From assembly GCA_049699855.1 (NCBI GenBank), contig JBNAWM010000006.1, positions 1 through 30,659 on the forward strand: 30,659 bases of DNA. Direction: 5' to 3'. The stretch comes from Candidatus Cryosericum sp. Its GTDB lineage: Bacteria; Caldisericota; Caldisericia; Cryosericales; Cryosericaceae. Position 1 is the first letter of the stretch, and the number at the start of each line of letters is the position of its first letter. Shown piece after piece: positions 16,607-24,926 of this stretch. A program made the translations under genes and the position numbers. A model generated the notes under the pieces. The model did not search any database and had not been told where the DNA came from. It saw only the letters and a list, made by a program, of their open reading frames with translations.

Positions 16607-16636
16607 CTTCCACGCCCCCTTTTGGGGGCGTGGAAG
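16607..16636 (+). other. Strong intercistronic hairpin between the binding-protein gene and oppB (probable mRNA stabiliser or partial terminator)
   Basis: CTTCCACGCCCCC-TTTT-GGGGGCGTGGAAG, a perfect 13-bp stem with no U-tract. Confidence 0.65.
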
Positions 16637-16662
16637 ACTGCTGAAAAGGAGTCTTCGCCAAC

Positions 16663-17649
16663 ATGAGAGACTATGTGATTCGTCGCATTCTGGGCATGAT
16701 CCCGCTCATCCTGATCGTGATGATCGTGTCCTTTGGCATTTTTTCGATGGTGCCGAACCCCTTCGCCGCCCTGATCGAGAACCCGCGTATTAAGAAGTCG
16801 GACATCGACCGTCTGATCAAGGCATGGGGATTCGACCTGCCATGGTACCTGAGGTTCTTCCGCTGGTTTAGTGGTGTGGTTCGTGGAGACTGGGGGCCTT
16901 CGCTCCTGTATCCTGGCTCGACGGCTCGAGAGGTGATTGGTTTGGCACTGCCGGTCACCTTGCGCTTGATGGGCATCGAGTTCCTGGTGTCGCTGGCCAT
17001 TGGTCTGCCTATTGGAATCATCTCCGCTATCAAGCAGTACTCCATGACTGATTATGTGGTCACCGTCATCAGCTTCATGGGCATGTCGATGCCGACCTTC
17101 TGGTTCGGTCTCCTGCTCATGATGTTGTTCAGCGTTCTCCTCAAGCGGCCCAGTGGCCTTCCTCTCCTGCCTGCAGGAGGAATCCTCACGCCCGGGCTTG
17201 AAGAGGCTCCGTTCTGGGTGAAGTTTGTGGACAGGGCCCAGTATCTGGTCATGCCCGTCATCGTTCTCGCGTTTTCCTCCATTGGCAGCTGGGCGCGCTA
17301 TATGCGCTCCTCCATGCTGGAAGTTGTTCGTCAGGACTACATCCGCACTGCTCGGGCAAAGGGCGTTCCCGAGCGTTCCGTCATCAACAAACATGCCCTT
17401 CGAAATGCGATGATCCCGATCGTAACACTGATAGCGCTGTCCGTGCCTGGCATTGTAGGTGGTGCAGCCATCACTGAGACGATCTTCAACATACCGGGGA
17501 TGGGCAAGTTGATCATCTCTGCGGAAACGAAGGCGGACTATCCCACCGCCATGGTTGGCTTGATGCTTACGAGCATCCTGGTTATCGTGTTCAATCTGCT
17601 GGCGGACATTGTCTACGCCTGGATTGACCCACGTATCAAGTACAGCTAG
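16663..17649 (+). CDS. oppB: Peptide ABC transporter permease (OppB/DppB)
   Basis: YVIRRIL, GDWGPS, RQDYIRTARAKG (EAA loop), KHALRNA and DIVYAWIDPRI. Confidence 0.93.
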   Translation: MRDYVIRRILGMIPLILIVMIVSFGIFSMVPNPFAALIENPRIKKSDIDRLIKAWGFDLPWYLRFFRWFSGVVRGDWGPSLLYPGSTAREVIGLALPVTLRLMGIEFLVSLAIGLPIGIISAIKQYSMTDYVVTVISFMGMSMPTFWFGLLLMMLFSVLLKRPSGLPLLPAGGILTPGLEEAPFWVKFVDRAQYLVMPVIVLAFSSIGSWARYMRSSMLEVVRQDYIRTARAKGVPERSVINKHALRNAMIPIVTLIALSVPGIVGGAAITETIFNIPGMGKLIISAETKADYPTAMVGLMLTSILVIVFNLLADIVYAWIDPRIKYS

Positions 17650-17658
17650 GGGGGTGCC

Positions 17659-18561
17659 ATGGCAGAACAAGTGGTCGAAGTGAAGAAGAAGGGTCAAAAG
17701 AAGTCGTCTGAAGACTATACCTACATTGGTATGGTGCTGCACCGCCTGAGCCGTCACAAGCTGGCCATGGCTGGAGCAGGCATGCTGATTGTGATTCTCC
17801 TGTTTGTATTTGTGGGACCGCTCATCTGGCGCGCAGACCCGAATGCGCAGATAGAGGGACTTGAAGGGTTGTTCAACGTGCCATCCCGCCTTCACCCGCT
17901 GGGCACGGATGACTACGGCCGGGATGTGCTGGCCCGCATGTTCTTTGGCGGTCGCATCTCTCTGTTCATCGGATTTGTCTCCGCCATCAGCTCTACCATG
18001 ATCGGAGCGATCGTCGGACTGGTGGCTGGCTACTACGGCGGTTGGGTGGACAATCTCCTGATGCGGTTCACCGATGCCATGCTGTCCATGCCCACCTTTC
18101 CACTCCTCATTGCTCTGTCGAGCGTCATCGGCAAGGGTGTCGGACAGATCATCCTCGTCATTGTCGTCTTTGGCTGGATGACCGACGCGCGACTGGTGCG
18201 CGGCATGGCCCTTTCGCTCAAGGAGCAGGAATACGTCGAGGCAGCGCGGGCCATCGGTGCCAGCGCCAACCGCATCATGTGGCGCCACCTGTTTCCCAAC
18301 ACCCTGGCGGTGCTGATCGTCTCGACGACCATCGGCATTGGTGGTGCGATCATCTATGAAGCAGCTATCAGCTTCCTGGGATTTGGCGTCCAGGCCCCCT
18401 TTGCCAGCTGGGGAAACATGCTGCAGAATGCTCAGCAGTTCATCTGGAAGGCGCCCCGTCTTATCATCTACCCTGGCCTCGCCATCTTCATGACTGTTCT
18501 TGGCTTCAACTTCTTCGGCGATGGCCTGCGTGACGCCATCGACCCGAAACTGAAACTGTAG
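17659..18561 (+). CDS. oppC: Peptide ABC transporter permease (OppC/DppC)
   Basis: HPLGTDDYGRDVLAR, EYVEAARAIGA, SWGNML and GDGLRDAIDP. Confidence 0.93.
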   Translation: MAEQVVEVKKKGQKKSSEDYTYIGMVLHRLSRHKLAMAGAGMLIVILLFVFVGPLIWRADPNAQIEGLEGLFNVPSRLHPLGTDDYGRDVLARMFFGGRISLFIGFVSAISSTMIGAIVGLVAGYYGGWVDNLLMRFTDAMLSMPTFPLLIALSSVIGKGVGQIILVIVVFGWMTDARLVRGMALSLKEQEYVEAARAIGASANRIMWRHLFPNTLAVLIVSTTIGIGGAIIYEAAISFLGFGVQAPFASWGNMLQNAQQFIWKAPRLIIYPGLAIFMTVLGFNFFGDGLRDAIDPKLKL

Positions 18562-18570
18562 GGGGGTTCC

Positions 18571-19557
18571 GTGGATAACCGGGAAGTACTTGTTGATATC
18601 AAGAACCTGCGCACCTATTTCTACACCGAGGACGGCGTTGTCCCCGCGGTGGACGGTGTGGACCTGACCATTCATCAGGGAGAGGTCGTCGGCCTGGTGG
18701 GCGAGTCCGGGTGTGGCAAGTCTGTCACATCGCTGTCCATCATGCGCCTGATTGCCAACCCGCCCGGCAAGATCATCGGGGGCGAGATCTTCTTCCATGG
18801 AGAGGATCTGCTGAAGAAAAGCGACGAAGAGATGCGGATGATCCGTGGAGACAAGATCTCCATGATCTTCCAGGAGCCGATGACCTCGCTCAATCCGGTC
18901 TACACGGTCGGCGACCAGATCAGTGAAGCCATCACATTGCACCAGAAGATCGATGCCGCCGAGGCGAAGAGGCGCACTGTCGAGATGCTGCATCTCGTTG
19001 GCATTCCCGAGCCCGAGCGGCGCTACAGCCAGTATCCGCACGAGATGAGCGGTGGCATGCGCCAGAGGGTGATGATCGCCATGGCTCTCTCCTCGAACCC
19101 CGAGCTTCTTATTTCGGATGAAGCCACCACGGCACTCGACGTCACGATCCAGGCGCAGATCCTGGACCTGATGCGCGGCCTGCAGAAGAAACTGGGGATG
19201 GCAATTCTCATCATCACGCACAACCTGGCGGTTGTCGCCGAGATGGCAGAGACCATTTACATTGCGTATGCGGGCAAGATCGTGGAAACGGCATCTGCGC
19301 GGGAGATCTTCAAGGCGCCGCGGCATCCGTACACCTACGGTCTGCTGGCGTCCATCCCGAAGTTCACCGAGAAGAGGACCAACGAGCCGTTGCCAGCCAT
19401 CGAGGGAATGGTCCCGTCGCCCTACCACATGCCCAAGGGATGTCGCTTCAATCCGCGTTGCCCGTTTGCGACCGAGAAGTGCCGCGAGGAAGAGCCCGAG
19501 CTTGTCGAGCTGAGCCCTGGCCACATGGTTCGCTGCTTCCATCCGATCGAGTCGTAG
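18571..19557 (+). CDS. oppD: Peptide ABC transporter ATP-binding protein (OppD/DppD)
   Basis: [39 protein letters not shown] and the C-terminal GCRFNPRC motif. GTG start. Confidence 0.94.
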   Translation: MDNREVLVDIKNLRTYFYTEDGVVPAVDGVDLTIHQGEVVGLVGESGCGKSVTSLSIMRLIANPPGKIIGGEIFFHGEDLLKKSDEEMRMIRGDKISMIFQEPMTSLNPVYTVGDQISEAITLHQKIDAAEAKRRTVEMLHLVGIPEPERRYSQYPHEMSGGMRQRVMIAMALSSNPELLISDEATTALDVTIQAQILDLMRGLQKKLGMAILIITHNLAVVAEMAETIYIAYAGKIVETASAREIFKAPRHPYTYGLLASIPKFTEKRTNEPLPAIEGMVPSPYHMPKGCRFNPRCPFATEKCREEEPELVELSPGHMVRCFHPIES

Positions 19558-19576
19558 GCAGAGAGGAGAAACGACT

Positions 19577-20551
19577 ATGGAAACCAGACTCGTAGAAGTT
19601 CAGAAGCTCAGGAAGTTCTTCCCCATCAAGGGAGGAGTCTTCTCGACGACGGTCGCCTCTGTCAAGGCGGTCGATGAGATCGATTTTTTCATCAATCAAG
19701 GCGAGACGCTGAGCTTGGTGGGAGAGTCCGGATCAGGCAAGACCACAGCGGGGCGCACCATGCTCAAGCTGCTGCAGCCAACTGGCGGCAAGATCATCTA
19801 CAAGGGGAAAGACATCACCAAGCTTACGCCGAACCAGATGCGGCCTCTGCGCCGAAACATGCAGATCATGTTCCAGGATCCGTATGGCTCACTCAACCCC
19901 CGCATGCCCGTGGGTGACATCATCCAGGAACCTCTGGATGTGCATGGCATCGGCACCCGCAAGGAGCGCCGACAGGCTGTCACGGCCATGATGGAGACGG
20001 TAGGACTGCGTCCCGAGTATGAGAGGAGATATCCGCACGAGTTCTCCGGTGGTCAGCGCCAGCGTATCGGCGTCGCCCGCGCCCTCGTGCTCAACCCCGA
20101 ATTGCTGGTACTGGACGAACCCATCTCGGCACTGGACGTGTCCATTCAATCCCAGATCATCAACCTTCTGCAGGAGATGCAGCAGCGGTTGAACCTCACC
20201 TATCTGTTCATTGCCCATGACCTTGCGGTCGTGCGCCACATGTCCGACCGCGTCGCTGTCATGTACCTGGGCAAGATCGTTGAGACGGCAGAGAACGATG
20301 AATTGTTCGACCATCCACTTCACCCGTACACCCAGGCCCTGCTCTCGGCCGTTCCGGTGCCCGATCCTGAGGTGAAGCGCGAGCGCATTATTTTGCAGGG
20401 AGATGTGCCGTCGCCCGTCAACCCGCCGTCCGGCTGCCACTTCCGCACCCGGTGCCCCTATGCGATGCCCATCTGCAAGGAGCAGGAACCCGCGATGATC
20501 GAGGTTTCGCCGGGTCATACCGTCGCCTGTCACCTGCTGACCAAGAAGTAG
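19577..20551 (+). CDS. oppF: Peptide ABC transporter ATP-binding protein (OppF/DppF)
   Basis: GESGSGKT, FQDPYGSLNPR, FSGGQRQR, DEPISALD and PPSGCHFRTRC. Confidence 0.94.
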   Translation: METRLVEVQKLRKFFPIKGGVFSTTVASVKAVDEIDFFINQGETLSLVGESGSGKTTAGRTMLKLLQPTGGKIIYKGKDITKLTPNQMRPLRRNMQIMFQDPYGSLNPRMPVGDIIQEPLDVHGIGTRKERRQAVTAMMETVGLRPEYERRYPHEFSGGQRQRIGVARALVLNPELLVLDEPISALDVSIQSQIINLLQEMQQRLNLTYLFIAHDLAVVRHMSDRVAVMYLGKIVETAENDELFDHPLHPYTQALLSAVPVPDPEVKRERIILQGDVPSPVNPPSGCHFRTRCPYAMPICKEQEPAMIEVSPGHTVACHLLTKK

Positions 20552-20578
20552 ACAGCGGCGAAGCAGATGTGAATCATG

Positions 20579-20618
20579 CTGCCGGTCCTTGCGCGCCAAG
20601 GGCCGGCAGTTTCTGTTT
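20579..20618 (+). terminator. Intrinsic terminator of the opp operon
   Basis: CTGCCGGTCCTTG (20579-20591) pairs with CAAGGGCCGGCAG (20597-20609), followed by TTTCTGTTT. Confidence 0.75.
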
Positions 20619-20659
20619 GATCCAACGTAGCGAGAGGACTGCCGGAAGAGGAGGAGTTA

Positions 20660-21187
20660 GTGGACGAAGAACATGGAAGTGGAGGAGGACAGGACGTGTG
20701 GCGGCGGGCCAGCGGTACAGGTGGCGACATGCCAACCGGCTATCGCCCTTGTCCTTTTTGTCATGCTGTCATTCCTTGGGGTTCCGAACGGTGTCCTGCC
20801 TGTGGACGCGTCCTGATCGAGCGGGTGGGCGCCAGTCGTCCACAGGCACCGCAGGGCAGGCCACACGCACCAGCGCGTGCCTCATGGTGGGCAAGGCAGA
20901 CCGATGATGTGGAACGCCGCTTGCGGAGGGCATCGCAGTCAGTGGAAGGGGCGGTGCGCAGAGCCGGACGTCAGATCAACCGGATCTTAAGGGGCGCTGG
21001 CCCCTCAGATCCCTGGCGCACAACCAGCCGCGGCACCTCATGGTCGGTGTTTCAACCGGCCGGGAGGTCGGTGCGGGACTGGTGGCCACGGTCACTCCCC
21101 CGACCGACTGCGCGTGAGCGTCAGATCCTCATCGGCGCTGCCGTCCTCATGATCATCCTGTTTCTGGCAGCGTTCCTCTTCCGCTAG
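20660..21187 (+). CDS. Hypothetical protein with an N-terminal zinc ribbon and a C-terminal TM anchor
   Basis: SD GAGGAG before GTG; CPFC-x10-CPAC; Arg-rich linker; C-terminal ILIGAAVLMIILFLAAFLF. Confidence 0.7.
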   Translation: MDEEHGSGGGQDVWRRASGTGGDMPTGYRPCPFCHAVIPWGSERCPACGRVLIERVGASRPQAPQGRPHAPARASWWARQTDDVERRLRRASQSVEGAVRRAGRQINRILRGAGPSDPWRTTSRGTSWSVFQPAGRSVRDWWPRSLPRPTARERQILIGAAVLMIILFLAAFLFR

Positions 21188-21189
21188 TT

Positions 21190-22208
21190 CCTTGGGGTCA
21201 AACGTTACATTTCACAAGCGCTGTCATGCGCCGGCCTGGGAGACACTCAAGGATGCTCGTTGCCGCTGCTGGCGATCCTGCTGAGGGTGGCGGTACTAAT
21301 GTGAAGCTCTCTGGCGATGGCCTGCTGACTATATCCTGACTCCAGCGCACTGCGAATCTTTGTTCGCACTGTGTCGGTGCCGCCGCGGACCCAGGTGCAT
21401 CCTGCCAGGAGCACGGACAATTCCGGTACCGTTGACGCAGGGGTCAGCAGAGCCTGTCTGGGAAGTGCGACCGCCGATGTGGCACGACCGGGTTGCGGAT
21501 GGAGAAAAGGACAGTCTTCTCCGATGCCTTCGTGAATCCAGTCGATGTACCCTGCAAATGAACCGGTCTCGGCTACCCTCTCTCTCACCCATCCCGCATC
21601 CAGACACGAAAGAGGACCGGCCAGTCCCGCGCAGGCGCGGTAACTGCTCCACTGCCACAGCGCCGGGTCGCCGACCATCCCGGCTCGAACGGGATTGAGC
21701 ACAACGTAGCGGCAAGCCTCCAGGAGATGGTGTTCGGACTGAAGGACCTGCGACTTGTACCGTCCCTGGAAGACATGCCCGACCCGCTGGTAGCGTCGAT
21801 TGAACCGTTGTGTATAGACGCCGTTGAGCCGCGCCATGCCCGATGCCAGATTAGGGGCTGTCGTCTCAAGGACCAGGTGGTAGTGATTGTCCATGAGACA
21901 ATACGCCAGAATATGCCACCGGTGAAACTCGGCGGTGCTGTTCAAGAGCTGGAGAAAACTGACGCGATCGCTGTCCTGCGTGAAAATGGCTTCCTTGCGG
22001 TCACCGCGGTCAGTAATGTGATAGTAGGCGCCCGGATACTGCAGGCGAGTAGCTCGAGCCATGCTCCCTCCTCCTTCAACGAGTGATTCCGATAGGAGTT
22101 TAGCACATGACTTGCAGGAAGGAAGTGCAACCTCCTCCAATTGGAACGTTTGACCCCAAAGAGATCATGGACGGTAACATCATTGAAATGTAAGGTTTGA
22201 CCCCAAGG
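21190..22208. mobile_element. Y1 HUH transposase element bounded by 25-bp inverted repeats
   Basis: Left CCTTGGGGTCAAACGTTACATTTCA (21190-21214) and right TGAAATGTAAGGTTTGACCCCAAGG (22184-22208) are 24/25 identical as inverted repeats. An extra inner 15-bp copy lies at 22145-22159. Confidence 0.75.
21247..22062 (-). CDS. REP-associated tyrosine transposase (RAYT / TnpA-REP, Y1_Tnp) with a C-terminal HTH
   Basis: MARATRLQYPGAYYHITDRG, the HUH motif MDNHYHLV, HVFQGRYKS, catalytic-Tyr helix CRYVVLNPVRAG, WQWSSY, and HTH YSQQAIARELHISTATLSRI. SD AAGGAG(A)GGG precedes ATG 22062. Confidence 0.92.
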   Translation of the reverse strand: MARATRLQYPGAYYHITDRGDRKEAIFTQDSDRVSFLQLLNSTAEFHRWHILAYCLMDNHYHLVLETTAPNLASGMARLNGVYTQRFNRRYQRVGHVFQGRYKSQVLQSEHHLLEACRYVVLNPVRAGMVGDPALWQWSSYRACAGLAGPLSCLDAGWVRERVAETGSFAGYIDWIHEGIGEDCPFLHPQPGRATSAVALPRQALLTPASTVPELSVLLAGCTWVRGGTDTVRTKIRSALESGYSQQAIARELHISTATLSRIASSGNEHP

Positions 22209-22239
22209 GAGGCAGAGAAAGAAATGTGGGCAGGGTGCG

Positions 22240-22268
22240 TGTACGGATGTGGAAGGTCCCCTGTAGTA
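22240..22268 (+). promoter_or_regulatory. Candidate alternative-sigma (ECF-like) promoter TGTACG-N17-GTAGTA
   Basis: Matches 11078-11106 in sequence and spacing. Confidence 0.5.
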
Positions 22269-22328
22269 CACACAGGAGACACCCCGAAAGGGGAGCCTCC
22301 TCCAACCTACACAACAAGGAGAACTCTT

Positions 22329-23024
22329 ATGAAGAAGTTTATTGTAGCAGCTCTGGCAGTCGCAGTTCTGGCCGGTTCCGGCATCGGGATCGCCTCGGCG
22401 TACGCGGGTCCCGCCAACACCTCTCGGTCCGCAGCGTGTGTATCAGTCGCCAACCTCCCAGTCGAATCACTCTCTCAGGCAGAAAAGGATGCGCTGACGA
22501 CCAGCCTGCAGGAAGAGTACCTGGCGCGCGACGTTTATACAGCGGTCATCGCAAAGCTCGGCAACGTCCAGCCGTTCACCACGATCGTCAAGTCCGAGGA
22601 ACAGCACATCGCTGCGCTGATATCGCTGTTCACCAAGTACCAGCTGACTGTCCCGGCTGATACACAGGCCGCTCGCACCAGCTCGCTGATGGTCGGAGTC
22701 ACGACCGTCCAGGACGCTCTGAACCTTGGCGTTACTGTTGAGAAGGAAGACATCGACCTCTACAAGAGCCTGGTGGCAAGCATTGATAACAAGGACATCC
22801 TGCAGGTCTTTGGCAACCTCCAGACGGCATCGACCACCAAGCATCTGGTTGCCTTCGAGAATGTTCTTGCCGGAGGCACCGGCCTTGGTCAGGGAACTGG
22901 CCGTGGAGCAGCTCAGGGTCAGGGTGCACGTGGCACTGGCCTTGGTCAGGGAACTGGCCGCAGCAGCAATGGCGCCGGGCAGGGAATGCGCGGCAACGGA
23001 ACAGGCACCTGCATCGCCGGCTGA
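22329..23024 (+). CDS. Secreted ferritin-like DUF2202 domain protein with a Gly-rich tail
   Basis: SD AAGGAG before ATG 22329; signal peptide; EEYLARDVY, SEEQH, VEKEDIDLY and KHLVAF (di-metal four-helix motifs); tail GTGLGQGTGR present twice. Confidence 0.85.
   Translation: MKKFIVAALAVAVLAGSGIGIASAYAGPANTSRSAACVSVANLPVESLSQAEKDALTTSLQEEYLARDVYTAVIAKLGNVQPFTTIVKSEEQHIAALISLFTKYQLTVPADTQAARTSSLMVGVTTVQDALNLGVTVEKEDIDLYKSLVASIDNKDILQVFGNLQTASTTKHLVAFENVLAGGTGLGQGTGRGAAQGQGARGTGLGQGTGRSSNGAGQGMRGNGTGTCIAG
22875..22960 (+). repeat. 29-bp intragenic direct repeat encoding GTGLGQGTGR twice
   Basis: 22875-22903 and 22932-22960 differ by one base. Confidence 0.85.
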
Positions 23025-23046
23025 GATCCTTCAGCTTGATCAAACC

Positions 23047-23075
23047 AAACCCCGGGACAACATCCCGGGGTTTTT
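23047..23075 (+). terminator. Intrinsic terminator
   Basis: AAACCCCGGGA-CAACA-TCCCGGGGTTTTT. Confidence 0.85.
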
Positions 23076-23095
23076 GCCGCAATCACGGTTGGACG

Positions 23096-23126
23096 TTGAC
23101 ACCCCAGCAAATGAATATATATTCAT
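23096..23126 (+). promoter_or_regulatory. Sigma70-type promoter with a perfect 16-bp palindromic operator over the -10 box
   Basis: TTGACA 23096-23101, TATATT 23118-23123, and ATGAATATATATTCAT at 23111-23126. Confidence 0.72.
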
Positions 23127-23144
23127 ATCACATATGGAGATGCT

Positions 23145-23891
23145 ATGGCGAGACGACAGATAGTGCGCAGATGTGAATGGACCGGAGGCCCGGAGACCCG
23201 TTGTACCGAGGCATATGGTGCATCGGCGGTCCTTGGTGCTGACGAAATGGAAGCACTGCGCCTCAGCGATCTGATGGGCATTGATCAGACAGAGGCCGCC
23301 GCCCGCATGGGTGTTTCGCAAAGCACGTTTCATCGCATCCTTGCAGTTGCCCGCCGCAAGGTTGCTGCGTCGTTCGTTCTTGGTCGCTCCCTGACAATTG
23401 CGAGGGCCTGGGATGAAAATCTGAAGGGCACGGAAGCGGATGCCACAGGCTCCGAAACCAGCACAGGAGGCACAAGGATGGTCAATCGCATTGCACTACC
23501 CACCGACGACGGCACGACACTGTGTCCGCACTTCGGCCGGGCGCACTATTACAAGGTTGTCGAGATTACAGATGGCAAGGTGACCGCGTCGGAACTGCGC
23601 GACAAGTTTGCGCACATGCATGGCGAGGAAGGCCAGGGAGGAGCGGAACCGAGTCATGACCAGGTGCACGGCATGATGTCGGATGCCGCTCATGGCTGCG
23701 ACACGCTCATCGTCGGCGGGATGGGCCCCGGGGCGATCGACGCCATGACCGCAGCGGGCTACACCGTCATGCAGACTAACATGACGAACATTGATGAGAT
23801 CATTGAGGCATTCCGCACCGGCACGTTTGTCAGCCTCAGCGGACAGGTCTCTCCGTGCGACCACAAAGGAGATGGACATGGCAACTGCTAA
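23145..23891 (+). CDS. DUF134 (UPF0251) HTH domain fused to a NifB/NifX-family (FeMo-co-binding-like) domain
   Basis: DEMEALRLSDLMGIDQTEAAARMGVSQSTFHRILAVARRKVA (DUF134), then IALPTDDG...CPHFGRAHYY...CDTLIVGGMGPGA (NifX-like), with a His/Cys-rich tail. Confidence 0.85.
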   Translation: MARRQIVRRCEWTGGPETRCTEAYGASAVLGADEMEALRLSDLMGIDQTEAAARMGVSQSTFHRILAVARRKVAASFVLGRSLTIARAWDENLKGTEADATGSETSTGGTRMVNRIALPTDDGTTLCPHFGRAHYYKVVEITDGKVTASELRDKFAHMHGEEGQGGAEPSHDQVHGMMSDAAHGCDTLIVGGMGPGAIDAMTAAGYTVMQTNMTNIDEIIEAFRTGTFVSLSGQVSPCDHKGDGHGNC

Positions 23892-24717
23892 TAACCCGAT
23901 TGGGCAGATTCCTGCCCCCGAATTCAATCACGTGCGCCATGTGCTGGCAGTCGCCAGCGGCAAGGGTGGCGTGGGCAAGTCGCTTGTCTCGGCCATGGCT
24001 GCGGTTGGGCTGGCCCGGCGCGGTCTGAAGGTGGGCATCATGGACGCCGACATCACTGGGCCATCGATTCCACGCCTCTTCGGTCTGACAGCGCGCCCGG
24101 AATCCTCTGAGATGGGGGTTCTCCCGCCCGAAACACCCCTGGGGATCAAGATTATCTCGATCAACATGTTCCTTCAGGAGTCCAACCAGGCGGTCATCTG
24201 GCGCGGCCCCCTGCTCACGTCCGCCATCAAGCAGTTCTGGACAGACATGGTTTGGGGAGATTTAGATGTCCTCATCATGGACCTGCCGCCGGGAACGGCC
24301 GACGTACCCCTGACGGTGTTTCAGTCCCTTCCGGTCGATGGCATCCTGATGGTCACGACCCCGCAGGAGCTGGCGGGCATGATCGTCGAGAAGGCCGCCG
24401 GCATGGCAAAGCAGATGAAGAAGCCAGTCATTGGCATCGTCGAGAATATGGCCATGGCGACCTGCCCTCACTGTGGCGAGTCCTTCGAGCTGTTCGGGCC
24501 CAGCCATGTCGAAGAGCTGGCCGATCACATCGGGGCTCCCGTCCTTGCACGGCTGCCGATTGATTCCAAGGTGACCGTGCTTGCCGATACCGGGCACGTG
24601 GAAGACGTGGAGATGCTGTCGTTCGCGCCCGTCGTCGAGGCACTTGCTGAGTATGCTGCAATGCCAGCTGTCCCTGTCGCTGCTGGCCCGGTGAAACCGG
24701 TTACCCCACTCGGCTGA
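23878..24717 (+). CDS. mrp: Mrp/NBP35 family iron-sulfur cluster carrier ATPase
   Basis: SGKGGVGKS, DADITGPSIP, VIWRGP, DLPPGT, VENM and CPHC. SD AAGGAG precedes ATG 23878, which overlaps the end of the upstream gene. Confidence 0.92.
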   Translation: MATANNPIGQIPAPEFNHVRHVLAVASGKGGVGKSLVSAMAAVGLARRGLKVGIMDADITGPSIPRLFGLTARPESSEMGVLPPETPLGIKIISINMFLQESNQAVIWRGPLLTSAIKQFWTDMVWGDLDVLIMDLPPGTADVPLTVFQSLPVDGILMVTTPQELAGMIVEKAAGMAKQMKKPVIGIVENMAMATCPHCGESFELFGPSHVEELADHIGAPVLARLPIDSKVTVLADTGHVEDVEMLSFAPVVEALAEYAAMPAVPVAAGPVKPVTPLG

Positions 24718-24763
24718 GGATGCGGGAAGTCTCCTTGGTGGAGCATCCCAGATAGCGTATCAC

Positions 24764-24795
24764 AAGCCCTGGCAGTGCATGGTGTGCCAGGGCTT
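24764..24795. terminator. Hairpin between the convergent mrp and ATPase genes
   Basis: AAGCCCTGGCA (24764-24774) pairs with TGCCAGGGCTT (24785-24795). Confidence 0.55.
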
Positions 24796-24865
24796 CTGCA
24801 TGGACAGAGGGGATGCACGAGCCCTGCACGAGAATGCGGGGCGATTCCTTCTCCAGCGGGAAAAA

Positions 24866-24900
24866 CGCATGATGCGTAACGCACTCTGCGTTATGCTCAG
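24866..24900. repeat. Five phased degenerate heptamers downstream of the ATPase gene
   Basis: CGCATGA TGCGTAA CGCACTC TGCGTTA TGCTCAG. Confidence 0.7.
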
Positions 24901-24926
24901 CTCGGCAGAACGACGGCGTATGTTCA

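Noticed and set aside
16240..19542. 1100-aa ORF antisense to the opp operon
   Set aside because: It lies opposite four well-supported genes and has no recognisable motifs. Long antisense frames are expected in GC-rich genes with strong codon bias. Continuity across gene junctions is mildly curious but is not evidence of expression.
23478..23891. Nitrogen fixation implied by the NifB/NifX-like domain
   Set aside because: No nif genes are in the window, and this domain is common in non-diazotroph DUF134/Mrp clusters.
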